A stretch of 64,000 nt of DNA from an uncultured Gammaproteobacteria bacterium (GCA_964355275.1 CAYHCB010000004.1:22615-86614), one strand, 5' to 3'; positions 38,241 through 47,523 are shown, numbered from the stretch's first letter. Notes: generated from the sequence alone by a model not told the origin. Numbers and translations are program-made.

Positions 38241-39227
38241 TTATTTTTTTGATTTGCGGTTTTTACTTTTATTAAATATTCTCTCCAGTTTAGCTTTTAC
38301 ACCAGTTTCTTTTAGTTCTAAAAATAGAATAGTCCAGGCGGATGTTTGAAAAACCATTAAAACAGCGGCAGCAGTTACAAGTAGTAAAAAAGAAAAACCA
38401 GTGATCACGTAAAGAGGAAACACTAAATTAAATATAATTAAAGTTAGCATGATTGGTAATAAAATAACTGACAAGACAAAAGCGACAAGTAAACCAATTA
38501 GGAAGTTAAAAAGAAATAGTAAAATAGCCATTTCTAAACTGACTAACCAATTTTTATAAAATAGTTTATAACCAGATTCAAAGGCTTGAACAAATGTTTG
38601 TTTTTCTAAGATAACACCAGCAATAGAATATTTTATAATTAAAGACAGGGAAATAGCTATCGGTAAGAATATTATAAAAAATATTGTGTAAACTAAAATA
38701 GCTAAACTGGAATCTCTAAAAAATAAAAAAATAAGAGGTAGACTTAGTAGAAAGAAAAGCGCTGTAATTAATATTTTAAGACTGATATTTAATCCTAAAA
38801 CTGGCCAGAAATTTACATCAGGGGTGGAAATCTCCGTCCAAACACTTGCTTGTTTTTCTTTATTTTTATTATTTAAATAAACTTTAGTCCAACTTACTAA
38901 GGCTATTTGAGATTTTATACAAACCCATAAGACAGCTAGCACAATAATGGCCATTAATATAAGTAAGAGAAATAACCCTAAACCTGTTTGTGGGTTAGAA
39001 ACGCATACTCGACATAAATCTAACCAAAAAGAAGTATTCATTAAAACTGAGCCTGATTCCATTTTTTGATAAACTCCGGCACCGTAGTCTTCGTTAAGAA
39101 GTTTTGTCAGAATTTGATATTCACCGCCAGCGGATAATAAGAAGGCTAAAAAGCCAAATATCCATAATTTTTTATGTTGCTTGGTAATTGTCCAAGCAGA
39201 ATTTAAGACTGATCGGTAAGAAAACAT
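38241..39227 (-). CDS. Hypothetical polytopic membrane protein
   Basis: 328 aa with about 6-7 TM segments and a Lys-rich C-terminus. It sits 16 nt upstream of the double ATPase gene on the same strand. Confidence 0.5.
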   Translation of the reverse strand: MFSYRSVLNSAWTITKQHKKLWIFGFLAFLLSAGGEYQILTKLLNEDYGAGVYQKMESGSVLMNTSFWLDLCRVCVSNPQTGLGLFLLLILMAIIVLAVLWVCIKSQIALVSWTKVYLNNKNKEKQASVWTEISTPDVNFWPVLGLNISLKILITALFFLLSLPLIFLFFRDSSLAILVYTIFFIIFLPIAISLSLIIKYSIAGVILEKQTFVQAFESGYKLFYKNWLVSLEMAILLFLFNFLIGLLVAFVLSVILLPIMLTLIIFNLVFPLYVITGFSFLLLVTAAAVLMVFQTSAWTILFLELKETGVKAKLERIFNKSKNRKSKK

Positions 39228-39345
39228 AATTTTTTTGCTAATTTTTTATAGTTTTTTATTAAATAAACCTATTTTAAATAGATTGAAAAAAAATAAAATC
39301 TTTGTTAATATTATATCATATTTATGAAATAATCTCCAAATCATT

Positions 39346-40572
39346 ATGAGCCAAGTAATTACCGATGAGAAGTTAGTGGATGAAATCTTAAGCAGAGGTG
39401 TTGAAAGGGTTTATCCAAACCGTGAAGAACTTAAGAAAAAACTTATGTCCGGCGATCGGATTCGTCTTTATTGTGGTTTTGATCCAAGCGCGGCCTCACT
39501 ACATGTCGGGAATGCTATTTTAATTTCTAAATTAGGTCAATTTCAAAAATTAGGCCATGAAGTTATTTTTTTAATAGGTGGTTTTACTGGCATGATTGGT
39601 GACCCGACAGACAAAATGGCCGCTCGTAGTAAACTGACCAGAGAAGAGGTGATGTTAAATGCTACTAATTTTAAACAACAAGCCTCTGCTTATTTGTCTT
39701 TTGAGGGCAATAATCCAGCTGAAGTAAAATATAATAATGATTGGAACGATAAACTTTCTTTCAAAGATTTAATTGAACTTGCCTCTAACTTTACTGTTCA
39801 GCAAATGATTCAAAGAGATATGTTCCAAAAAAGATTAGCCGAAGAAAAGCCAATATTTTTGCATGAATTTTTGTATCCACTGGCACAAGCTTATGATAGT
39901 GTTTTTATGGATGTTGATTTAGAGGTTGGCGGAAATGATCAAATGTTTAATATGATGTGTGGCCGTGATTTACTTAAAACTTTAAAGGGTAAAGATAAAT
40001 CAGTCCTAACTATGAAATTGTTATCTGATAATAACGGTAAAAAAATGGGCAAAAGTGAGGGTAATGCTTTTTTCTTAGATGACACAGCAAATGATATGTA
40101 TGGCAAAGTAATGTCTTGGGCTGATGGTGTTATCGCTTCAGCTTTTGAACTTTGTACTGAGGTAGAAATGAGTGAGGTTTCTCAGATGATAAATAATATG
40201 GAGATGGGGAAACTTAATCCACGTGATTTAAAAATGCGTCTAGCTTACGAAATCACTAAAATTAATCATGGTGATGTCGGCGCTCAAGAAGCTCAAGATT
40301 ATTTTATAAAAACCGTTCAAAATAAAGAGGTTCCAGATGAAATCGAAGAACGTCGAGTTGATTTAGAAATAATAAATATTATTGATTTATTAATTCTTTT
40401 AGAAATGGCAACCAGTAAAACAGAGGCCCGGCGTTTGGTTGAACAAGGCGGGGTAAAAATTGGAACTACTGAAAATTTAATAACAATTTCTGACTATAAG
40501 ACGCAAATTACTATACAAAATGGCTTAATTATACAGCGTGGTAAGCGTCAATTTATGAAAATTGTAAAATAA
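39346..40572 (+). CDS. tyrS: Tyrosine--tRNA ligase
   Basis: 408 aa with HIGH-type SLHVGN, KMGKS and a C-terminal S4-like domain. Confidence 0.9.
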   Translation: MSQVITDEKLVDEILSRGVERVYPNREELKKKLMSGDRIRLYCGFDPSAASLHVGNAILISKLGQFQKLGHEVIFLIGGFTGMIGDPTDKMAARSKLTREEVMLNATNFKQQASAYLSFEGNNPAEVKYNNDWNDKLSFKDLIELASNFTVQQMIQRDMFQKRLAEEKPIFLHEFLYPLAQAYDSVFMDVDLEVGGNDQMFNMMCGRDLLKTLKGKDKSVLTMKLLSDNNGKKMGKSEGNAFFLDDTANDMYGKVMSWADGVIASAFELCTEVEMSEVSQMINNMEMGKLNPRDLKMRLAYEITKINHGDVGAQEAQDYFIKTVQNKEVPDEIEERRVDLEIINIIDLLILLEMATSKTEARRLVEQGGVKIGTTENLITISDYKTQITIQNGLIIQRGKRQFMKIVK

Positions 40573-40577
40573 ATATT

Positions 40578-42260
40578 ATGGTTTATTTAGATAATATAAA
40601 AAAACAATTAGGCCAAGCGCTGAACTGTGATCCTAAGTCATTTGTTTATCCACCTAAATTAGACATGGGAGACTTAAGTTTACCAATGTTTGAATTATCA
40701 AAGAGTTTAGGAATTAGTCCGATTGAAGCAGCTAAAAAAATGGTTGATAATTTTGCAGGGTCAGAATTAGTTAAAGAAGTGAGAGCTGTCGGTCCTTATT
40801 TAAATTTTTATTTAGAGCCTGTTAGTTTTATAAGTCACTCTCTAGAAGAAGTTATTAGACTTAATTCTGGTTTTGGAAATAATGATAGTGGGGCTAAAGA
40901 GGGAGTGATGATTGAATACTCTAATGGTAATACTCATAAAGAATGTCATATTGGTCATTTACGTAATATTTCTTATGGTGATGCTATCTATAAAATTTTA
41001 GCGGCTAACGGATACAATGCTATTCCTGTTTCATATATCAATGATTTTGGTATTCACACCGCTAAGACTATTTGGAATTGGCAAAATGATAATTCTTATA
41101 GTAAGTCAACGGCGCCTAAGGGCTATTTACTGGGCAAGTGTTACAGTGAAGCGGCGGCAAAAATTGGTGACGATTCTAAAGCTAAAGAAGAAGTTAGTCT
41201 TATTATGAAAGAGATTGAAAGCCGAAGTGGCGCTGGTTATAGTTTATGGCAAGAATCAAGACAGTGGAGCATCGATTACTTTAATGATGTTTATCGGGAT
41301 TTAGGTATTAAATTTCAGGAAACGTTTTACGAAAGTGATTTTATAGATGATGGTTTAAAAATAAAAGATGAGCTTGTTTCTTCCGGTATTTTAAAATTAA
41401 GTGAGGGGGCTATTATAGCTGATTTAGAGCCTTATAATTTAGGTGTTTTACCAATAGTTAGATCGGACGGCACGGCTTTATATCCAGTAGCTGACTTAGC
41501 TCTCGCTTCTGCTAAATTTAAAAAATATAAATTAAAAGAATCTATATATATAGTTGATGTTAGACAGAGTCTTTATTTTAGTCAGTTATTTAAAGTAATT
41601 GAGCTCTTAGGTTATAAAGAAAAGATGACTCACTTGTCTTATGAATTTTTAACTACTAAAAATGGAATGATGGCCTCTCGTACCGGTAACGTGGTTACTT
41701 ATAAAGATTTATTAGATGAAGCTTTAACTAAGACAAGTAGTGAAATTAAAAAACGTCACGAAGACTGGGATGAGATAAAAGTTTCTTTGGTGTCGCGTGG
41801 TTTATCTATTTCGGCGATGAAATTCGAAATGATTAAAGTATCATCTGACAAGGTAATTACCTTTGACATGAACGATGCTTTAAAATTTGAAGGCTTTACG
41901 GCCGCTTATTTGCAATATACGGGGGCTAGAATTTGTAGCTTATTAAACAAAGGAAAGGATTTTGAAAAAGTTTCTTATGACCCAAATAATCTAGTAGAAT
42001 CTAAAGAATTCAGATTAGCTTTTAAATTAGAACAGTACGGGGAAATAGTTTTTAAAGCCGGACTAGATAGGGACCCTTCAATTGTTGCGAGATATTTATT
42101 TGAGTTATCTCAAGATTTTAATGATTATTATCATGAGATAAATATTATAAAAGCCGAAGAAGAAATAAGAACGTCTCGTTTGTTTTTAGTTACTGCAATC
42201 AAACAGGTTTTAGAAAATGGTTTTAATTTATTAGGGCTAACCTTCTTAACAGAGATGTAA
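40578..42260 (+). CDS. argS: Arginine--tRNA ligase
   Basis: 560 aa with the HIGH region NTHKECHIGHLRN and a C-terminal DALR-type anticodon-binding region. Confidence 0.9.
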   Translation: MVYLDNIKKQLGQALNCDPKSFVYPPKLDMGDLSLPMFELSKSLGISPIEAAKKMVDNFAGSELVKEVRAVGPYLNFYLEPVSFISHSLEEVIRLNSGFGNNDSGAKEGVMIEYSNGNTHKECHIGHLRNISYGDAIYKILAANGYNAIPVSYINDFGIHTAKTIWNWQNDNSYSKSTAPKGYLLGKCYSEAAAKIGDDSKAKEEVSLIMKEIESRSGAGYSLWQESRQWSIDYFNDVYRDLGIKFQETFYESDFIDDGLKIKDELVSSGILKLSEGAIIADLEPYNLGVLPIVRSDGTALYPVADLALASAKFKKYKLKESIYIVDVRQSLYFSQLFKVIELLGYKEKMTHLSYEFLTTKNGMMASRTGNVVTYKDLLDEALTKTSSEIKKRHEDWDEIKVSLVSRGLSISAMKFEMIKVSSDKVITFDMNDALKFEGFTAAYLQYTGARICSLLNKGKDFEKVSYDPNNLVESKEFRLAFKLEQYGEIVFKAGLDRDPSIVARYLFELSQDFNDYYHEINIIKAEEEIRTSRLFLVTAIKQVLENGFNLLGLTFLTEM

Positions 42261-42271
42261 TTTAAATAAAT

Positions 42272-43639
42272 ATGAATAATCTAAAAAATGATTTAATGGA
42301 TAAGATTGTGTCTTTGTCTAAGCGTCGTGGCTTTGTATTTTCTGCTTGTGAGATTTATGGCGGATTAACCGGTAGTTATAGTTATGGCCCTTATGGGGTA
42401 ACTCTTAAAAATAATATAAAGCGTTTGTGGTGGAAGAAATTTGTTGAAGATAGAGATGATCTTTATGGAATTGACGGGCCTATTTTACTTCACCCAAAAG
42501 TTTGGGTAGCCTCTGGTCATATTGGCGGTTTTAACGACGCTATGGTTGATTGTAAAAAATGTAAGAAAAGATTTAGAGCTGATCATTTAGTTGAAGAAGC
42601 TACCGGCCAAGACTTAGAAGGGGATTTATCTAAAATGGATGAAGCTTTAAAGAATATAAAATGCCCAATTTGCGGGGCCAATAATTGGACTGAAGTAAGA
42701 TTTTTTAACATGATGTTTAAAACGGAGATGAACGGAGTCAGTGAACCTGTTTATCTTCGCCCGGAAACAGCTGGCGCTATTTTTGTAGAATTTAAAAATG
42801 TTATTGATGTAATGCGACCAAAACTTCCTTTTGGTATTGCTCAAATTGGCAAGGCTTTCCGTAACGAAATAGTTGTTGGTAATTTTATTTTTCGAACTCG
42901 CGAATTTGAACAGATGGAGATAGAATATTTTATCGACCCAGAAATTGCATGGGAGCCTATTTTTGAAGATTTCTTAGTTAAACAGGAAGAGTTTGCTTAT
43001 GAGCTTGGAGCGCCTAAAGATAAATTGCGTCGCTTTGAGCATCCCAAAGAAAAACTTTCTCATTACTCTCGTAAAACCGTAGATATTGAGTTTGATTCTC
43101 CTTTTGGTGGCTTTAAAGAATTATTTGGCTTAGCTCACCGTGGAGACTTTGATTTAAAGCAGCACAGCGAATTTTCCAATGAAAAGTTGGAATATTTTGA
43201 CACTTTAAGTAACCGTCGCTTTACCCCTCATGTGTTAGAGCCTACCTTTGGTTTAGATAGAGCTATCTTATTAACATTACTGTCCGCTTATCATGAGGAA
43301 GTAATTGGTGAAGATATTCGGGTGGTTATGAAATTTCCCCCTAAAATAGCCCCAGTATCTATCGCGGTGTTTCCTCTACTTAAAAATAAGCCAGAGCTCG
43401 TATCTCGCGCTAGGGAAATTTATAATATGTTGCGCTTAGATTATCGTTGCGAGTTTGATGATAATGGTAATGTAGGGAAACGCTATAGGAGACAAGACGA
43501 AATTGGAACACCATATTGTATAACCGTTGATTTTGATACCCTCGAAGATTTTTGCGTTACCGTTCGTGATCGAGATACCATGGATCAACCAAGAATTAAA
43601 ATTGAAGAATTAAAAAACTTTTTTAGTAGTAAGTTTTAA
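42272..43639 (+). CDS. glyQS: Glycine--tRNA ligase (homodimeric class II type)
   Basis: 455 aa with YLRPETAGAIF, FRNEI and GLDR motifs. Confidence 0.9.
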   Translation: MNNLKNDLMDKIVSLSKRRGFVFSACEIYGGLTGSYSYGPYGVTLKNNIKRLWWKKFVEDRDDLYGIDGPILLHPKVWVASGHIGGFNDAMVDCKKCKKRFRADHLVEEATGQDLEGDLSKMDEALKNIKCPICGANNWTEVRFFNMMFKTEMNGVSEPVYLRPETAGAIFVEFKNVIDVMRPKLPFGIAQIGKAFRNEIVVGNFIFRTREFEQMEIEYFIDPEIAWEPIFEDFLVKQEEFAYELGAPKDKLRRFEHPKEKLSHYSRKTVDIEFDSPFGGFKELFGLAHRGDFDLKQHSEFSNEKLEYFDTLSNRRFTPHVLEPTFGLDRAILLTLLSAYHEEVIGEDIRVVMKFPPKIAPVSIAVFPLLKNKPELVSRAREIYNMLRLDYRCEFDDNGNVGKRYRRQDEIGTPYCITVDFDTLEDFCVTVRDRDTMDQPRIKIEELKNFFSSKF

Positions 43640-43885
43640 AATTTTTTGTAAAATATTTTTATATTTTAAAAAAGGAGAAATTTTTTCTTCTTTTTTTTAT
43701 TATTTTTGTAAAATATTTTTCAATTGTTTATTTTTTATAAAAAATATAAAATTTATTATAATGCATATTAACTATATTATATAAGGCTAATTATTTTTTT
43801 TATTAAAATATAAAAGTTGATAAGTTTTATTTTTAATAAAAATATTTTGCAAAAAAGTAAATTAATCTTTTTTGTCTAAAAAGTA

Positions 43886-43914
43886 TTGCTAATATATGTC
43901 CTTGAATGTATAAT
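43886..43914 (+). promoter_or_regulatory. Sigma70-like promoter for the small basic-protein gene
   Basis: TTGCTA, a 17-nt spacer, then TATAAT. Confidence 0.55.
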
Positions 43915-44015
43915 TATATGTATAAGTTTCTCGGTCGAAATTTTTAAAAACGATTGTTTAAAAAAGTTTTAATTTAAAATTTTTTTAGACATCATTTAAG
44001 AAGGGAGGTGAGATT

Positions 44016-44153
44016 ATGCCAGCTAAAAAAATTGCTCCAAAAAAAGTGGTAAAAAAAGCTGCCCCTAAAAAGGCCGTTAAAAAAACTGCTAAAAAGGTGG
44101 TAAAAAAAGCTGCCCCTAAAAAGGCCGTTAAAAAAACTGCTAAAAAGAAATAG
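44016..44153 (+). CDS. Small lysine/alanine-rich histone H1-like (HC2/AlgP-type) basic protein, 45 aa
   Basis: It is not in the ORF track because it is shorter than 60 aa. The SD AAGGGAGGTGA lies 5 nt before the ATG. The translation is MPAKKIAPKKVVKKAAPKKAVKKTAKKVVKKAAPKKAVKKTAKKK. A promoter lies upstream and a terminator downstream. Confidence 0.7.
   Translation: MPAKKIAPKKVVKKAAPKKAVKKTAKKVVKKAAPKKAVKKTAKKK
44046..44147 (+). repeat. Perfect 51-bp tandem duplication (2 copies) inside the small basic ORF
   Basis: GTGGTAAAAAAAGCTGCCCCTAAAAAGGCCGTTAAAAAAACTGCTAAAAAG occurs at 44046-44096 and again at 44097-44147. Confidence 0.95.
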
Positions 44154-44216
44154 TATTTAGAATACTAACTTTTTATATAAAATCAATAATGTTTATTGAT
44201 TTAAAAATTATACAGA

Positions 44217-44244
44217 AACCAACCTAGGAATAGGGTGGTTTTTG
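44217..44244 (+). terminator. Rho-independent terminator after the small basic ORF
   Basis: Stem AACCAACCTA / TAGGGTGGTT followed by a T-run. Confidence 0.6.
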
Positions 44245-44294
44245 TAAATAAAAAATTTAAGAAAAATTCAGTTCGTTTATGGTAGTTTTTTAAC

Positions 44295-45131
44295 ATGAAA
44301 AATATTTTAATTTCATCAATTTTTATAGTTTTGACTATTTATTTTTTTTGGACTTACCGTGTATGGTATTTTTCAGATTCTTTTAGATTAATATTTTTTG
44401 ATGTTGGGCAAGGAGACTCTATTTTAATTATTGCCCCGAAAGGTTTAACTATTTTAGTAGACGGTGGACCGGATACAAAAGTCTTACGTGGGTTAGGAAA
44501 GGTTTTACCTTTTTGGCGACGCAAAATTGATCTACTTGTTGTAACTCACTCTCACGACGATCATGTTACTGGTTTAGTGGAGGTTAGTAAAAGATATCGT
44601 ATTTTAAAGGTTTTACATAATAATTTAAATTTTAACACCCCAGTGCTGAGTGATTTATTAAAATCTTTTAAAAAAAATAAAATTACCTTAATAAATAGTG
44701 AGGTCGGTATGTTTTTTAAACTCGGAAATGATTGTAATTTATCTGTATTAGCGTCTGATAAAAACCTGAAGGTTAATGAAAATGATCGCTCTATAGTAAC
44801 TATGCTAAGTTGTTTAAACAAAATGGTTTTACTTAGCGGTGATGCGGGAACTGAGGTTGAAAAAAAGTTATTAGAAAATAATAGTAATATAAAAACTGAC
44901 ATTCTTAAAATTTCTCATCATGGGTCGATAAGCGCTAGTTCTCAGGAATTTTTAATTAGCATAAAACCTAAAATAGCCGTTGTTTCTGTGGGGGTAAATA
45001 ATAGATTTAATCACCCATCTCCGCTTATATTAGAAAGATTAAGTAAATTAAATATCAATTTATATCAAACAGCTAAACTCGGCTTGATAGAGTTTTTGGC
45101 CAGTTATAGTGTAATAAAATTGGTTAATTAG
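44295..45131 (+). CDS. ComEC/Rec2-related MBL-fold metallo-hydrolase (stand-alone C-terminal-type domain with N-terminal TM)
   Basis: 278 aa with FFDVGQGDSILI and VVTHSHDDHVTGL (HxHxDH). Confidence 0.75.
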   Translation: MKNILISSIFIVLTIYFFWTYRVWYFSDSFRLIFFDVGQGDSILIIAPKGLTILVDGGPDTKVLRGLGKVLPFWRRKIDLLVVTHSHDDHVTGLVEVSKRYRILKVLHNNLNFNTPVLSDLLKSFKKNKITLINSEVGMFFKLGNDCNLSVLASDKNLKVNENDRSIVTMLSCLNKMVLLSGDAGTEVEKKLLENNSNIKTDILKISHHGSISASSQEFLISIKPKIAVVSVGVNNRFNHPSPLILERLSKLNINLYQTAKLGLIEFLASYSVIKLVN

Positions 45132-45158
45132 TTAAAAAATAAGCATTAGAGAAAACCC

Positions 45159-45187
45159 TTGACAAAGATTTGCTCATGTGATATAGT
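45159..45187 (+). promoter_or_regulatory. Near-consensus sigma70 promoter with extended -10
   Basis: TTGACA, a 17-nt spacer ending TGa, then TATAGT. Confidence 0.65.
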
Positions 45188-45193
45188 TAATCG

Positions 45194-45385
45194 TTAACAA
45201 GTGAATAAAAATCAAGGCCATTTTAAACGGGTCAGGCACGACAAGCATGGGGATGTTCTCACTAGGGTTTTTTGGGCCTACAAAAGTTGATTAATAATAA
45301 AAGTTATTATCATTTTTTGTGGGCTCTGGAATTCCTAGGAGATATTTTCTTGCCTACCCGTTTAAGTTGGTCTTTTTTTTATTAA
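45194..45385 (+). ncRNA. Candidate structured small RNA (rod-like, 6S-like architecture); identity unknown
   Basis: A 22-bp closing stem forms between 45216-45238 and 45351-45372. Moving inward there is an asymmetric bubble, then 8-bp and 12-bp stems, then an AT-rich apex. A promoter lies upstream and a terminator downstream. Confidence 0.5.
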
Positions 45386-45415
45386 AAAACCGTTCAATTA
45401 TTTGAACGGTTTTTT
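45384..45415. terminator. Bidirectional rho-independent terminator
   Basis: Stem AACCGTTCAA / TTGAACGGTT flanked by A- and T-runs. Confidence 0.8.
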
Positions 45416-45435
45416 AATTTAGTTATAGCCAGTTT

Positions 45436-47289
45436 TTAATTTTGAATAACTTGTGTTGAGGTGGTAGTAATTGATGTAGAAGTTGTAGTAATTGGAGTGG
45501 AAGTAGCGACACCAATTAAGCAGACCTCTTGCCAAGGGACGTAATGAGATTTAAAGCGATTAGTTTTAGTATCTCCATTTAAGTAGGTGACCGTGTAATC
45601 GAAGTAGGCGTCGGCACCGTTATGAGCTTTTTCAGTACATTTTTTTTCTCCTGGTTTTAAATCAGTACTTTCTATTATTTTAGTGGCCGCCGGTTTGGTT
45701 ATATTATATATTACCGGTGCCGTTGATGAGGCTATTCGTCCATCATTCTTTCCCCAAAAGTCAAAATATAGATAATCACCAACAATACGTGATTGAATTA
45801 AAATATAATTTCCCGAATCATTTAAAAAACGAACATCCGGCCAAGGATCATAGATAGCGGCATCAGTTCCGGCCGGCTCATAATAAGACACTCTATAAGA
45901 ATGATTTTGTCGGGCAGTTATTGGTAGTCCAGACATTAAAGCTGATCTAAAAATTGTTGTACCAACCTGACATAAACCACCGCCATATTCAGGGATAGTT
46001 CGGTTATTCTTAATTACTAGTTCTTGCAAGTATCCAGAAGCAGCGTCAATTTCGCCAAGAGCGGTAACTAAAGAAAACTCTTCTCCTGGTGCTATCAAAA
46101 TACCGTTAACAGCGTCAGCCCCCACTTTAATATTATGTCTTCTATTGGCCGGGGAACCAGAAAATTTTGATTGACCGGTGCCTATTATTTCTTGGATATT
46201 AAAGGTATCAGTATTTTCTGATATATCACTTTTTACAATTTCAACTACTAACTCCGCTTCGTTTTGTTTATTTATTAAATATTGTTCTTTTATTTTATTT
46301 GCGCTATTTTCTAAATTTATTTTTTTTCCATCAGACCCCGCTTGCCAACTAGACATTTTTCCGTTAATTATTTCATAACGCTGTCTTTTTGGCTCTAAAT
46401 CAACACTAGGGGAAATTATATCTTTTAAGTAGTTAGATATTTTAGCGATATCAAGAGATATTCGTTGATTTTCTGAGTCACCCTCACTGATTATCCAAGA
46501 GGCGATAACTTCTTTTTTAATTATCCAATCGCTACTTGTGTTAGCTATTATTATTTTTAAATCACCTTGTGAAATTAGAGATTCGGCTTCTGGTTTTAAA
46601 GTTTCTAAATCGCTAACATAAACATAAGGCCGAGCAGTCATTGTTCTAAGAGTGATTGTTGTGTTTTCTAAATTTTTAAGTTGTTCTTTTATTGTATTAA
46701 AAGCTGCTTCAAAGTCAATTTGCCTACCCACTCTTTCGGGCTCGATTATAAAAGTTATTTCATTTTTATCTTTTTTATCAACATTAAAAGTTGCGTTTAG
46801 GGGTGCTATTTCTATATCTTTTAAATTTTCTCTAATAAATGATTTAGCTCTTTCTTCGTCAAAAGAATAAACCATTGCTATATTTTTTTCGGAAAAAGCC
46901 CCTTTTATACTACTAAATAGATAAGAAAAAAAAGAATTTTTTGAACTAGCTTGAAATAATTCTTTTAAAGTTTCTTCTTGATTATAAGTAAATACAGGGA
47001 AAGAGAGGTCTGTATTAATTGAAATTATAGATGGTAGAATTATTTGTTTATCGTTGTAGACGATAGGAACGCCCTCGGATTCTAAACGAATAGATTCAGA
47101 ATTAATTTTATCTTCGGCCTGTTTACTTGTTAATCCGCTTAGATTAATTTGACCAATTTTTATTCCTGGATTAATTCGGTTACGATAATTTCTATCCCAG
47201 TTAATATATAATAGTCCTAAAATTATACAAATTAATAAAAAAGCCACTGAAAATGTAATGGTCTTTTTTTTGTTTATTATTTTATTCAT
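45436..47289 (-). CDS. VanW-family protein (membrane-anchored, extracellular)
   Basis: 617 aa with an N-terminal TM and the VanW core GGGLCQVGTTIFRSALMSGLPITARQNHSY. The tail is Thr/Ser-rich. Confidence 0.8.
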   Translation of the reverse strand: MNKIINKKKTITFSVAFLLICIILGLLYINWDRNYRNRINPGIKIGQINLSGLTSKQAEDKINSESIRLESEGVPIVYNDKQIILPSIISINTDLSFPVFTYNQEETLKELFQASSKNSFFSYLFSSIKGAFSEKNIAMVYSFDEERAKSFIRENLKDIEIAPLNATFNVDKKDKNEITFIIEPERVGRQIDFEAAFNTIKEQLKNLENTTITLRTMTARPYVYVSDLETLKPEAESLISQGDLKIIIANTSSDWIIKKEVIASWIISEGDSENQRISLDIAKISNYLKDIISPSVDLEPKRQRYEIINGKMSSWQAGSDGKKINLENSANKIKEQYLINKQNEAELVVEIVKSDISENTDTFNIQEIIGTGQSKFSGSPANRRHNIKVGADAVNGILIAPGEEFSLVTALGEIDAASGYLQELVIKNNRTIPEYGGGLCQVGTTIFRSALMSGLPITARQNHSYRVSYYEPAGTDAAIYDPWPDVRFLNDSGNYILIQSRIVGDYLYFDFWGKNDGRIASSTAPVIYNITKPAATKIIESTDLKPGEKKCTEKAHNGADAYFDYTVTYLNGDTKTNRFKSHYVPWQEVCLIGVATSTPITTTSTSITTTSTQVIQN

Positions 47290-47307
47290 AAGCTTCCCTT
47301 GAGGAAC

Positions 47308-47520
47308 TTAATTTTTATCACCTAAAATTTCATTTAATATTTCTTTAGCAATAATATTTTCTGATCTAGCTGATTCAAAATTAATTTGTAAATTTAGTAT
47401 TTGCCCGATTGTTAAATTTTCTGGTAATTTATTTTTAGGTAAATATACAAGATTACTTTCGTTGTCCTGTAAAATAGCTTGTTGGCTAGTTAAATCTTTT
47501 ATAATTAAAGGGTATTCCAT
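47308..47520 (-). CDS. Hypothetical small protein
   Basis: 70 aa, tightly linked to the Hsp20 and VanW genes. Confidence 0.4.
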   Translation of the reverse strand: MEYPLIIKDLTSQQAILQDNESNLVYLPKNKLPENLTIGQILNLQINFESARSENIIAKEILNEILGDKN

Positions 47521-47523
47521 AAA

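Noticed and set aside
45248-45295. 15-codon ORF (MGMFSLGFFGPTKVD) inside the structured RNA candidate, considered as a possible type I toxin.
   Set aside because: It has no SD, is much shorter than known type I toxins and is buried in the predicted helices. Nothing supports translation.
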